A stretch of DNA of 64,000 nt, taken from Trichinella spiralis (Eukaryota). The stretch is taken from assembly GCF_000181795.1 (NCBI RefSeq), contig NW_003526944.1:4966055-5030054 (forward strand), read 5' to 3'. Shown one piece after another: positions 14,374 through 26,800 of this stretch. The translations under genes were made by a program, and so were the position numbers. Position 1 is the stretch's first letter. Each line of letters opens with the position of its first letter. Below the pieces are notes generated by a model. That model did no database searches, was not told the DNA's origin, and worked only from the letters and a program-made list of their open reading frames with translations.

Positions 14374-14439
14374 TCATATCATATCATATCATATCATATC
14401 ATATCATATCATATCATATCATATCATATCATATCATAT
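14374..14439. repeat. (ATATC)n pentanucleotide microsatellite
   Basis: Direct reading. Confidence 0.95.
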
Positions 14440-15124
14440 TGTGCAGTTATTTAATGAATATTTATATAATAATCAGAATCGTAAAGTATTATATTTATAA
14501 AAAAAATTGGCAAAAGCACGTAGAATATGTGTTTCACACGTTTTACCTTTCCAGCACAGTAACAAACACAGCAACATACAGTAATATTTCTGGCAATCTG
14601 GTATTAATGAATTCTTTCTTTGGACCAGCGGTGGCGGATCTTCTTCTGTCGTGCCTGATCTCTGGGTCATTCAGAGCGGCTCTTCAGGGCACAATATGAT
14701 AAGCCTTGATGAGCTCAGCAGCGTAAGAGAGAAAACAACTGAACGCCACAAAGACGAATGGCAGAAAAAAGAATAAGAAGAGAAAGAAACCAAAAAAGGT
14801 TTCGCAGATTTGAAGACGGAGTTCAGAAATCAAAACTGGCCAATCAGATTGGCACATAAGGGCGGTGAGTTTGAATTAGCGATTAGCATTTGCCTAATCG
14901 CATTTTGCGTAGGAGAGAGATCTGCTGTCCGTAAGACCTTATCGCTGAACTGGATTTCACACTAATCATTCTGGATTAAAATTTATATAAATGATGAGCG
15001 GAAAATTTACATCGGCCGGCTTGCAATCACAACTGAAATCTAACCTCAGATATGAAATCAATTTCTTCTTCTCATTATTTATGTTCAAAATTTTCACAAA
15101 AATAAAATATTAAAACACTATTTA

Positions 15125-16484
15125 TTAAACAATGAATTCAATTCCTTCGTATTTAACATGGCCAGGTATTTCAGTGTCATTCAGTATTATAACACCATTT
15201 GTATCAAATATGGTCAAAAAAGAAGTTACTTTGCCATCAATTTCTTCCGATTTAACAGCAACAATTAATTTATCCAATGTCTTTGGTATAAATTGAAAGG
15301 CAGAAAATCCCCGTGTTTCGCTTGGTTCGCCCAAATAAGTTGCACTGATGTGTTCAAAATTTTCCGAAGCTTGAAGCAGTACATTAGCAGCTAAATCGGA
15401 AAATAAATCAATTAAAAAATAAAAAAAAATTTGAAAAAATTATTTCACCCCGACGTTCGTCTTCTTTTTCCGAATAAGGAAGTGGAGAAGCTCTTCGAGG
15501 TAGGAAGAACCATCTCTTCCATTGCTGTGACCATTGAACTGATTCGTGAATCATGTAACCTGCAAAACTTGCTTAGTATAACCATACAGCTTGAAGTATC
15601 AATTTCTGACAAATAAATTCAAAACAACCTGGATATTCAATTCCAACAGCTGCACGCAATTTTATATATATATCCTTCCAAAAAATATGACGCACACGAC
15701 TTTCACTGTCAATAATTTTAATCCACATAGGGTTGTCATTCATGTATTCACCACGTACTGATGTCCATTCTTTTCCTAAAAAAGCGAAATAATTGCTTTT
15801 TTAAAAAAAGCTTAATTCTGCCAATGCTCGACCAAAATTCTACCCACCAATCCCGCCTACATACAACATGCCATTTTTTACAGTCATCCATTCAGCTTTG
15901 AAACCTTTCGGCTGTTCACCATCACCATCTGCCAATAGCAACCACGGGATTGGCAAAGTGAAGTTGACAATTTTATACAAAATGCCAGTACGATCGTCGA
16001 CAGTTATAAGCTGGCCTTGGAAACGAGCCAGATCAGATAATTCCATGGCGCGTCCCTCCTGAGCTATACCACCTTTCAGTTCCTTCCTGACAGGGTCCCA
16101 TTCCACTTGCAGGCAATGACAATCACTGGCTAAAGAAAATCGTCCCAATTGTAAATAGCTTATCCAAACTTTATCTGATGCTTTGCTGTTGTGGTCCAAA
16201 TCAGCTACAAGGACAATCGTATAATTTGTTATCGGTTCATCTGTTTTTGCATTTCCAACTTCGCAAACAGGCTTGTTGTCTCGGAAGAAAGAAAACACAT
16301 CATTTAGCATACAGTACTGTAAAAAGTCTGTCAAAGGTACAGAAATAACCACTGCGAGAAAAACAACAAACGTATACCAACATGCAGAACGAAACCAGAA
16401 AAGAGTTGCTTTTAGAAAAGATACTTTACGTACCTTTTCTTTGTGTACTTTACGTATCGTACGATTTGACGATTCTGTTATCAT
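15125..16484 (-). CDS. CANT1: Calcium-activated nucleotidase / apyrase (CANT1, APY-1 family), 4 core exons; possible extra upstream micro-exons from 18391
   Basis: N-terminal TM helix; motifs [72 protein letters not shown] introns join the ORF pieces. Confidence 0.93.
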
Positions 16485-18689
16485 TTTATTTAAAATTCTA
16501 GAAAGAAAATAATTTCATTATAGAACAATCTCAATGTGTACATATATCGTGAATATATATATATATATATGTATGCATATTCATGATGAATTAACTAACT
16601 GTTCAAGAAATCAAGCAACAAGCTAAATAAAGAATGCCATACAAGCATTGGCTAAATGTTATATTCATGAACGACAACCTTTTCAAATAATAATTTATGC
16701 AAATTCTGTAACCTTCATGAAATTTGTTTTAATTTTCACCTTCAATTTCTTTTACGTGTTTTCAAGTACATGTTAAACAAAATGAAAACCAAACGTGATC
16801 ACTTTAATTTGAAAAACATTTTAACATTTTATAATGTTAAATTTAAAGGTATTGAAAAGTGGAAGAAAATTCCATGTAAAAGTCCATACTTACCAAAAAT
16901 AAAATTCGCATCATGAAATACACTAAGTAGCAATACCGCCGACACTACTGGTCAGTGTTTAAAAACTAAAAAATACATTTTATACCATGTATGAATTTTG
17001 TTTGCTTGTTATACCTTATCATACGCAAAAAGTAAACAAACTGAAAACATTTTATAAATGCGATAAGCATCTTGTACCATGTTCTATATTTCTTACTTAC
17101 GTATGTGCACAATGAAAATGTCCAATTGCTGTTTGGGAATTTACCCAAACAAACAATTCAAAAAGATTAATAATTAATGAATAATATTTATTCAAATATT
17201 ATTTTCAGTTATTAGCACTGAAATCAATTAATTCCAATTTCAAAAAATCGTCATCTGTCAACATGCAAAACTAATAACACCAAAATGAAAAATAAACGAG
17301 AGGAAAAAAAAAATTAAAACTCTAAACTTGTTTATCTGAAAAAAAAGGTTTGCAAAGAATGCAGTAAGCTACGTGTCTTAAACATCAGGAAAATGTGACA
17401 GAAAAAACAATAAAACGTCAAAAGATAGAATTACGCTAATCTGTTTGGGAGAATTCAATCAAAAAACTAATAGACAATCGCAAACAGCTCTAATGTAATA
17501 AAAGCAACATCAAATTCAAAAGTTACATTTCTGCGTCATCAGCTTCGATAACTTTATAGCTTTGTTCTTCAACATCTAAAAATTGAACAAAATGCAAATC
17601 TGCTCCCTGTACAAAAAACCTGAAACTTCAAACAGCATCAACTTTAAATCAAAAATAGTGCACATACTGACTGACAATAAATGTGCATTTCCCAAATTGT
17701 AGCCCGAAAATAACTGAGTTCCAAAAAATTTTCCAGAAATTTCTACTGTATTCACTGACAAAAAGTACAATTAACAGTGGAACTGATAAAATGATGTTGA
17801 CTAGCGAGAAACTAACTAATTAATTACTTTTTCGAGTCGATATGCTTATTTAATTAAACACTGGATAATTATCATCAATAAGTTAAAAACAGGAAGTGTA
17901 CTCTTGTTAAACTCGCTATTGCTATTTATAAATTGAAGCAGTAATTGTCAACTACAACCACGTAATACGTTCAACCAAACAACCCTTGCAACAAATAGAC
18001 TGCTTTTGTTTCAAAAGCAGCATCTTCACTCAAAATGTAAAGCATAAACTTGCGTAATTTATCGCAACTTGAAAAATATATCATTTTTCACAACAACCTG
18101 CTATTATCCGATACAGGAAAATAGAGCTTTCTCAACTGATTAATTAAATAATATACTTTTCCTTTTCTACAGCATTAAATAACAGCATAAGTTGAACTGA
18201 ACTTCGTTTCAATTTGGCAAATAAATTTCGTTGTAAGTTGCAATAGCAAAAAAGGAAAAACAATCAATTCTTTAGCAAATAATTCACTGCACTTCATTTA
18301 GCCAATTTATAGAATTGGTTATTTTCAAAATCTGATTTAAAAATAAATAACACATAAACGAACACTTACTTTGCAAATTTAAGAGCGGCATATTCACAGC
18401 TAAAGCAATAAAGTATTATGATAATCAGGTATTATAAAATTACAGTAACACAATACAACAATTTTTAATTGCTTTTCAATTTTGATGACATTCAACATAA
18501 TGAAACGCAATACACAAGTCAGACAATGTCTGACAATTCGTGTAAATTCAAAAACAACAATGCAAAATCAAAAAAGTTTCGTTCGGCTTTCACATATGTG
18601 AGAATTTTAGTGATGTTCAATAAAAAAAAGATCTGCAAAGCATGCAAAATTGATTAATGCATTAATATTAATGAAACATTAGAAAATTT

Positions 18690-19825
18690 TTAATTGTCTT
18701 TTTTAATGACCCGAGCGCCAGTTTTTGCTGGAAAATGCCTCTTCTTCAAAGCATCCATTTTGCTTTTGAGAACGTTAAATAATGCTAACTGGAATCTGTT
18801 AACGTCTTTCTGATTCACCTAAAATAAAATCACCTAAATGAATTATACAAAAATATTCGTGCTCAGCCAAATAGTCCGTTACAAATAATTACTAATGAAA
18901 TAAAACTGAACAACTTATTGACAACTTTAAAAAATTTAAAAGGTAATTCCTGTTAGAACACACACACACACACAACTTTCTTGTCATAGTTTCAATAATA
19001 ACATTTTTCAATAGTTTCAAAAATGGTGGAATTATTATTTCAAAGCTTTACGATAATGAAATAAATACAAACAGACAATTAAAAATGAACAATTTTTCGC
19101 ATACCAGAGCATTTGAAAGCATCAAAATATGATCGTACTGATAACATTTAAAAAAAATAATCTTCACTAATGCACCCTACTAATTGAAAAACAATGTGCA
19201 AATTCATAATAGCCGAAAAGTTGCAAACATGAAACTGTGAACTGTAAAAATGCGCGCTGTATCATAGCTTTGGATACACCTTTAATCAGAGATTTTGCTA
19301 CATTCAGAAGCAAGCATTTCATTGCTATTAATTACAACTTGAAAGAATTCAATGAAACAAGCGCTCATCAATGAATTAATCATGAAATTAAAACCATTAC
19401 CGTTGTAGAAATTTTTTCATTTCGATATTTTGCACGAAAGAAACATTTGTAGTCAATATTTTCTTGACTTTTCGTAGCTGATGTACGTGGTTTCACTGCA
19501 CCATCATCTCCAATTCAAAAATATCCTCATCAACACACTATACACGTTGGCTGGAAAAAATCTTGAATACTTACAGCGCTTCATCGTAATTACTACATTA
19601 CCACCTGCTCTGCTTTTCACATATAGCTTAGCTAGCTCCGTCAGAAACTAAAAATCCAAAATAAAATAAATTTAAAATTGAAAACCGTCTCTATTTGAAA
19701 CAGAATATAAAAATAGAATTATGCAAATGTTAAATGGTTGAAATTAAAATCAATATTGCATTTATAAAATATATTGTTAAAATTGCAGTATATTTGCTTA
19801 CCGCGTCATTTTCCAGCAGCGTCAT
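18690..19825 (-). CDS. SRP14: Signal recognition particle 14 kDa protein (110 aa; exons 19825-19802, 19647-19575, 19507-19401, 18818-18690); absent from the ORF track
   Basis: Spliced translation MTLLENDAFLTELAKLYVKSRAGGNVVITMKRYDGAVKPR...KCFFRAKYRNEKISTTVNQKDVNRFQLALFNVLKSKMDALKKR matches the SRP14 pattern (FLTEL..LF, V.ITLK.YDG..KP, CL.RA....KIST.V..K.V..FQ.AY..LL...MD.LKK); all intron phases consistent. Confidence 0.95.
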
Positions 19826-20502
19826 GATTAACAAAGGCTGCTGGTCACTACTTTCAAGTACAGTAAGTATTCTTTCACAAATTCAGGTTTGTTTTCTGCA
19901 TAATATTAATAAAATTTTTTTGTTACAAAAAATTAATTTTTTGACAAATTTTATAATAAAAATTATAATAATTGCACAACTGCTCAACAGGTAATTTATT
20001 TTGGGGTGACAAATTAAAACAGTGGATTATCATCATTAATGACTTTCGTCGAATTTTTAGCTTTCGTTCCAATTTTATTTTATTAGTTTCTATAATTATA
20101 CAAACTCTGATGATGCTCTGCAAATCACATTATTCACTGAGCTACTTTAATGGAAAACACGCAGCTCTGTTCATTGATGTTTCTCAAACATAAATAAATA
20201 AATAAATAAATGTTTTGTTTTGGACATCTGATCATATTTCAAATCAGTTTAAAAATAATAATTTATTCTTTCCGTCATGCACAAAGTTGAACACGCATCA
20301 CAACCTACAATACACACGACGTTCAATTCATTTCAAATTTACGATTTTCAGCAACAAAGCAAGCAACCCACCACCTAACAAGCAGCAAATAATTTAAAAA
20401 AATAAACTGATTACATCACACGTCTGACATTAGCGTACGTAAACAAAAAATCTAAAAAATAAATAAATAAAAAGAAATTCTTTGCAAATGCCGTTCAGTA
20501 TT

Positions 20503-22407
20503 TTATATATCATCAATATCAATATCGTCATTTTCATCGCCGGCATTGGAGTGCTGATTTAAATTTGCTTCAGTAGCTGCAGCAGCGGTTGATCTGTTCC
20601 TGTTATCATCGTAAACAACCTAAAAGAATAAAAACAGCTTGCAAATTTAATTTTTAATTCAAAATCCAATTTATTTGTTCATTACTTCCACATCTGAATC
20701 TTCAGCATCGGATTCTTCTTCCGCGTCACGTAGCCAACGCAAAAATGGTTCTGCTTTGGCTAAAATTTCTTTCTTTTCCTCTTTGCTCACATACTTTTTG
20801 CTCGACTAAAAAAATTGATTTTAAATATAAAAATTCCATTCTATTCATTCAAAAGAATGGTTGAAAAGTGAAAATCGCAACATATAATAATAATAATTAA
20901 ACGTACTTTAGCACCCCATTCTAAAATAACTTCTTCTTCCAAAATATCTTCATCATAGAAAGCTTTGAGAATGTGTGGAATTTTAGGCATCAGTTGCTTT
21001 TGAGCAACAAATGTTTGCTCAATCCCTCCAAGCAGATACCGTTGGGCTTTTTTGTTTTGGTATACAAAACGTAACAGTAAATTTCGATTCGGTTTGATCT
21101 GAGACAGCATTTTTTCGTTGAACAAAACGCGACAAAGCAAAAGCACAGCTTTGTCTTTAACATCAAGTCGATCAGCTTCCGCCACCACTGCTTTGACATC
21201 GTCCAATTTGTTAGCTGTTTGTAAATGCTGCTCGGAAAAAAAAGATAAGTAAACGAAAAACAACAATATGCTAATTTTGAAAAGACAAATTCGCAATTAC
21301 CAAAAGATAATTGTAAAACATGTCCAAGCGCTCTTCGATAGGCTTTTCTAAATCAGGATTAAAAGTCAGCAATGCCATTCCACCCTCGAGCTCTCTTTGT
21401 CGAGCTTCCATATCATCAGGATTGACTGCCCAGTCATCTTCGAAAGAGTCGTCTTCCTCGTTTTCATCCACAACGCCATTGGTTTCACCATTTTCAGCAG
21501 CAGTCCCATTCTCTGTCGAAGCACCGTCTTTTCCTTTTTTCAAGCGATTTCGCTTGCTACCTGGAACAACAGCACAAGAAAGAACAACGTCAGATTTCAG
21601 CATCATCATAACAATATAAACAACACTGGATACAAAAGCAGCTAATAGTAGCTGTTGATCAACGTTCACTGAGAGAAAACAAACAAATGAAAAAACGTTT
21701 GATGTAACACTTAAATAAATAAATAAATAGGCAACAATTAAAATTCACCTGCGGCGGCTGTAGTGCTCTGGCATCCGGAGCTTTCTGGCTCAGGTGGATT
21801 TTTCAATATGAACGCTGTCAATTTGTGACGTGGATCGACAAGTGTTACATGACCACAAGCGCTGCACTGTAAAGTAATCTTCGCTCCTTTGACAATCTTT
21901 AAAATTAAAATTTCAAATCAAAGAAAAACAAACAAAAAAGGTAAACAAACCAGTGTTGTTTCAGGGTTTTCGCATTGTTGACACAGAACGAATTTACGAA
22001 TGAAGCCGTCCAGCAATTCTTGAAGTTTGTTCGCGTCGTGATCTCCGTTGACTATGTAACGTTCATTTTTCGTGTCAAATTGAGTCTGAGCTCCCAGTTC
22101 GCAACCAAAATATTTGGTCGTATCTGTTACAGTATGCAAAATAGAAGCGACTGCGTGTAACAAGTACAAAAACGGGCAAAAACATACACGTAGGCGGTCT
22201 GTGCAACGCTTTCGCAATTTCTGGCATGTTCGCAATCACTGTTTTGATACCGTTACCTTTTCCTTCGACCTGAAATAGCGGTATGCACAGTTGAAAACTG
22301 GAAAACGGATCGCTCGTTGGACAAAAAAGAGAAACCTTCGCCAACAGCCTTGGCATCTTGTAGCGATAAAACGCGTCATCGACGTTTCTGTTGACGTTGA
22401 TGGACAT
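20503..22407 (-). CDS. eIF5: Eukaryotic translation initiation factor 5 (multi-exon)
   Basis: [54 protein letters not shown] zinc ribbon, W2/HEAT domain ([22 protein letters not shown]), ends DIDIDDI. Confidence 0.98.
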
Positions 22408-22755
22408 TTTAAACTGCTGCGATAATTCAGTAAATTTCTGCTTTTCGATGAATTCAAGCTTTCAAAATACAATTCATCCAATATTGTAAAGATGTGTTTC
22501 AAACCACTGCTGGTGTTCGTAAAACGAAGAGAAAACCAATCCACATTCCCTATCAAACTACGTTCTAAAAATCGAGTGTGCCAGGTGCAGAGTGCTTTCC
22601 TGTTCTTTAACCGAGATTTTCCTGAAAAACAAAACCAATAAACTGCATTACAATTCTCAGAAGACAAATTTAAATCGTTTTTTACAAAACATACTCAGCT
22701 GCCTTTGACAACAAGTCATACAACAGGGTGGCCTGACAATTAAGGCTTGTATCAT
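22236..22755 (-). promoter_or_regulatory. Spliced poor-context uORF overlapping the eIF5 start codon out of frame
   Basis: In-frame AUGs at 22755 (ttgcATGa) and 22719 (ttgtATGa), both with -3 U; GTATGT donor 22694 and TTTTCAG acceptor 22622; frame stays open across the main AUG to TGA at 22238-22236. Confidence 0.6.
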
Positions 22756-23873
22756 GCAATTATTCTCGACGACCGCCGACGGGCTAAGAGCAAGAAACGT
22801 TCGCCGAAAGCGGTTGAAAAACCAATATACAACGAGCTAAACTGAGCACAACTGATTTAAACAGAGTGTTCTAGCTCTACAACCAAGCACGACCTAGGAC
22901 AACTCATGACATACAGTATTCTAGGTAAAATAATACCTGCGTTTATTAAAGTAATTTTTGTATTAAATAAAATTTTTTCCACAAATTTATAATAATCATA
23001 ATAAACAAAAATTATTCATTATAACGTAATTTTAAAATTGTTTATGTATTTTTGAAAACAATATTAACTGATAATTAAGTTCAAAAACGAAAAGTAGACT
23101 AATTAATTGACTAGTACTGTAAAAGTAGAGAAAATGTTGAAACAGGTTTTCAAATACTTTTTTTCAATTGAAATTTTAAACTGACATTCATTTTATAAAT
23201 TATAATTTATTTTTTTAATATACACATTTATATTTGTTGTTTTTATATGTTTAAAATTTTCACAAGCAGTGCGTGGAATATTAAAAAAACTGATCGCAAC
23301 GTTGCAAATTATTCATTACCAGCAGCACTTGTTTATGAAAATTTAGAAGAAAGAAAATTAAAAAAGAAAAAACACGCAAATTCTGAACACCCATCGAATG
23401 TATTTTTATAGGTACGTCTTCACTTGATCTTCACTTGTTTGCTGTACAAAATGGACCTGCAAATCATTGCTAAATCAAAATAAATTCAGTGTTTATTTTT
23501 CTGACATGTTAAATGCAGGCAATGTTTTAGTGGTAAAATATTAACTCGGTAAATATTTTCTTTTCATTTGGTTTCCATAAATTATTTACAACACCACCAA
23601 TCCGTTCGAAACTGTCGAATATTTCAATTCGCTTGTAGCTGTGGAAAAATTTTTCAAAAGAAAATACATCTCTTTTTACACCGAAACATCGAATCCATTT
23701 TCAACTAGATAACAAACGAAGGAATAAACAAATAAACAAACAAACAAACAAAAAGATAAGAAGACAGTTAATCAGGCAGAGTTAACTTGTGCAAAGCAAT
23801 TGCGCTAAGGCGTGCAAAACGAAAATATGAAGAAGAGGTTCAGCATGGATTTCAAAAAAGGAAAGTTCTTTTT

Positions 23874-26800
23874 TTACACTAATGTTTTCAATCCTATTGT
23901 AGGTGTAGCACTGTTGCGCGACGACGGCGTACTTCCGTCGCCTGTTGAAGGAAAAAAATTCATCCCCTGCTGACGGTGCTGCACCGCATTGTTCACCGGT
24001 CGCAAGCTATTGACTTGTGTAGGTGGGGCGTAGTCCATCGGATGCCCCGGACCAGGTGGAAAAACGATTGTCCGTTCTGAAGGCAATTTTTTCGTCGAAA
24101 GTGGCCTGAAAACGTCTAATGCAGCTGAAGAAACTGATCAAACAATGCCAGCACATACTCTCCAGATCGATAGACATTGCGCACTCGTTTACGATCTCCA
24201 ACTTTCACCAGCCAACAGCAGAAAAAAATTGCTCCAATAACAGCAATAATTAACAGTATTCCGAATATGATTGTCAAAATTTTCAACGTCGTTTCTAACT
24301 GCTTTGCTAAAAAAAAACGTCAATTTATAGTAAATAATATTTTCGCATTTGCAGTTGAATTTTTCAACTCTCTCACATCTGCACCACGGTTGCCATCCTT
24401 GATTCCATCGTCCATCTTTGCAAGTATACTCGCCGGTACCTTTCAACCAATGGGTCGGATAACACTCGAACTGCACTTGATCACCTTCCAAATACAACTT
24501 TCCCGTAGCTGGATTAATGATCAAATAATCCGGATATTCGACATTTATCGCACCACAGCTATTATCTTATAAAGTAAAATATGAAAATTTAAATGGAAAA
24601 GAAGGAACAATGGATTTTTCGTCAGCGTAACAAACTGTTTGTTAGTCAGTCGCTTACAGTATTGCATGCCTGCTTTACGAAGCTCAATTTGGTGAACGTA
24701 TTCTTGTTTGGTCTGCAATCCGATGATCATCTGCTTCAACTCAAATGAATCGTAGTTGCACTGATACATCTGCAAGCAACCGGCTTTGATGTTTTGCATT
24801 GCTTCGAAAGAGGGACAGTCGGGTTTGAAAAAGTAAGCTGAATCGCAGGATTCAAATCTTTTGTTAAATTCCCACGTAAACTGAGGTGAATGAGCTTCAC
24901 TGTCGTAATACTGCGAAGCTGGAAAGACAGGGCCAATAAGTTCAGCTTCTGGCCAATCTCTGTGGTCACTAGTGACCAACGTGAACAAGTCGGCAAATTG
25001 CTCATTATTCACTTTCCCTTAAAAAATTAAATAACTCTCATAACGCTAAATATGATTAATGAAATATTTTTTTTTGAAAAATGCACAGTAAAACGTACAA
25101 GAGTTCGCAAATTCATATGCTATTTCATCATCGCCAGGTGCTTGATATGTTCTTCTATCTGGACGCAAAAAGTCGTCCTTGTCTGTACCGGAGAACGTAC
25201 CCGCCAAGCCGGCTACTGCATCGGCAAATTTCGCTTTATTATCCAGCGGATCTTGCATCTATTAATTCAATCCACAGCTCATCAATTTGATGCGACAATT
25301 GAATTTATTTTGGAAATAATTTCAAAAATATTTACCAGTCGAAATTCAGGTGGAATCGATAAGAAAACATCCAAAAGTCCCATGGATTCTTCAAAAGCCA
25401 GCTGTCGCGTGATTTCCATTGCATAACTTTCTCGAATGCGCACACCTATTCGAGAGTGTTCCAAAACAACGTACACTTCTGACTGGCCCTCTTTCCAATC
25501 GTTCACATAGACCGTAACTCCTGTTCATTCAAAGTATTAATGCGTTGCGTTGAATATGCATACATCAAATGTATATAATAATTCTTCCCCGCATCAAATG
25601 ATGATCCACTTGATTACATGTTTTGCATGAAAAAGCTTGTCAATTGTTTACCTCTGAAACGTTGGGTTTTTATAGTGTCAAAGTAGCGTAATTCATCGTT
25701 GACGAGAATGTGAGTGCGATATTTATAGCGACGTGTATCTTTGCGCAACAGAATCAGTACACGATCCGATTCCATGGCACTTCCTTCTTGAAGAGCTACA
25801 CCAGTAACTACAGCCACATCCAACGGTTTGACCAATCTTCCTTGATAAGTATCTCTGTGACCTGTGTGTTTTCAAAACTCGTCACCAAAATACGTTGCCA
25901 AAAATGGCGCTAATAAACATTTACCAAAGTCCACTGATCGATCTGGATAACGTTCCAAACGAATTTGAATTTGAACCTCCGGTGAAACTGCCCTATGATG
26001 ATGGCCGCCGGCATGCTGTTTCGGTTTGTGCAAAAACATATAAATACCAGGCTGATTGAACGTGTAGTTGAATCGATCAAAAGTGACCACATGTCCAGCG
26101 CCCATGATGCTCGCTTAAAAATACATATATATAACTCGATGAATTATTGGTCAAATTCAGTTCAACACATTAAAAAAATCACATACCAATACCAGGAGGT
26201 TGATATTCTAGACAGCTGCTGCTCGGTCTACGCCAATAGAAGAATTGACAATGCTCCACTGACCATTTGCAACATGAAAAATATGGCAAAATATCGTGAT
26301 AATAATGCGATAATGTCGGCAACTAAACAAACAAGCAATAAATTTAATGAAAAAAAACAAAATGAAAAAATAATAGCAACATCAGCAGCACTTACTTCAA
26401 ATTGCTTTGTAAATGGATAAGTACCAAATTCATAGGCGCGTTGTGGAAATCCTGGATTATAGGGATAATCGGGAACTTGTACCACAGTTTGATAGCTTGT
26501 ATGCATCAAATAGCCATCACGATCGTAACAGCAAACTTGACCATAGTGTGTTACATAGCTTCTGAAATAAACCATTTAGAAGATTTAGAAGCGTTTAAAG
26601 AAATTTCCAAAATTCTTCTCTACTCACCCTTCCACATTGTTCGTTGATAGGAAACATTCCTTGGCGCCGATGTAAACGTCGCAGTTCAAATTTCGAAAAC
26701 GTTGAGAGCATCGTGGATGAGGCATAAATCGTCCAATATCAATCAAAGCCTGCTCATAACGACACGGACAAGAGGAATTGGTTTCCGTATCACGGATGAA

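Noticed and set aside
14310..14699. 129-aa ORF with ISYHI repeats
   Set aside because: Driven by the (ATATC)n microsatellite; no protein features
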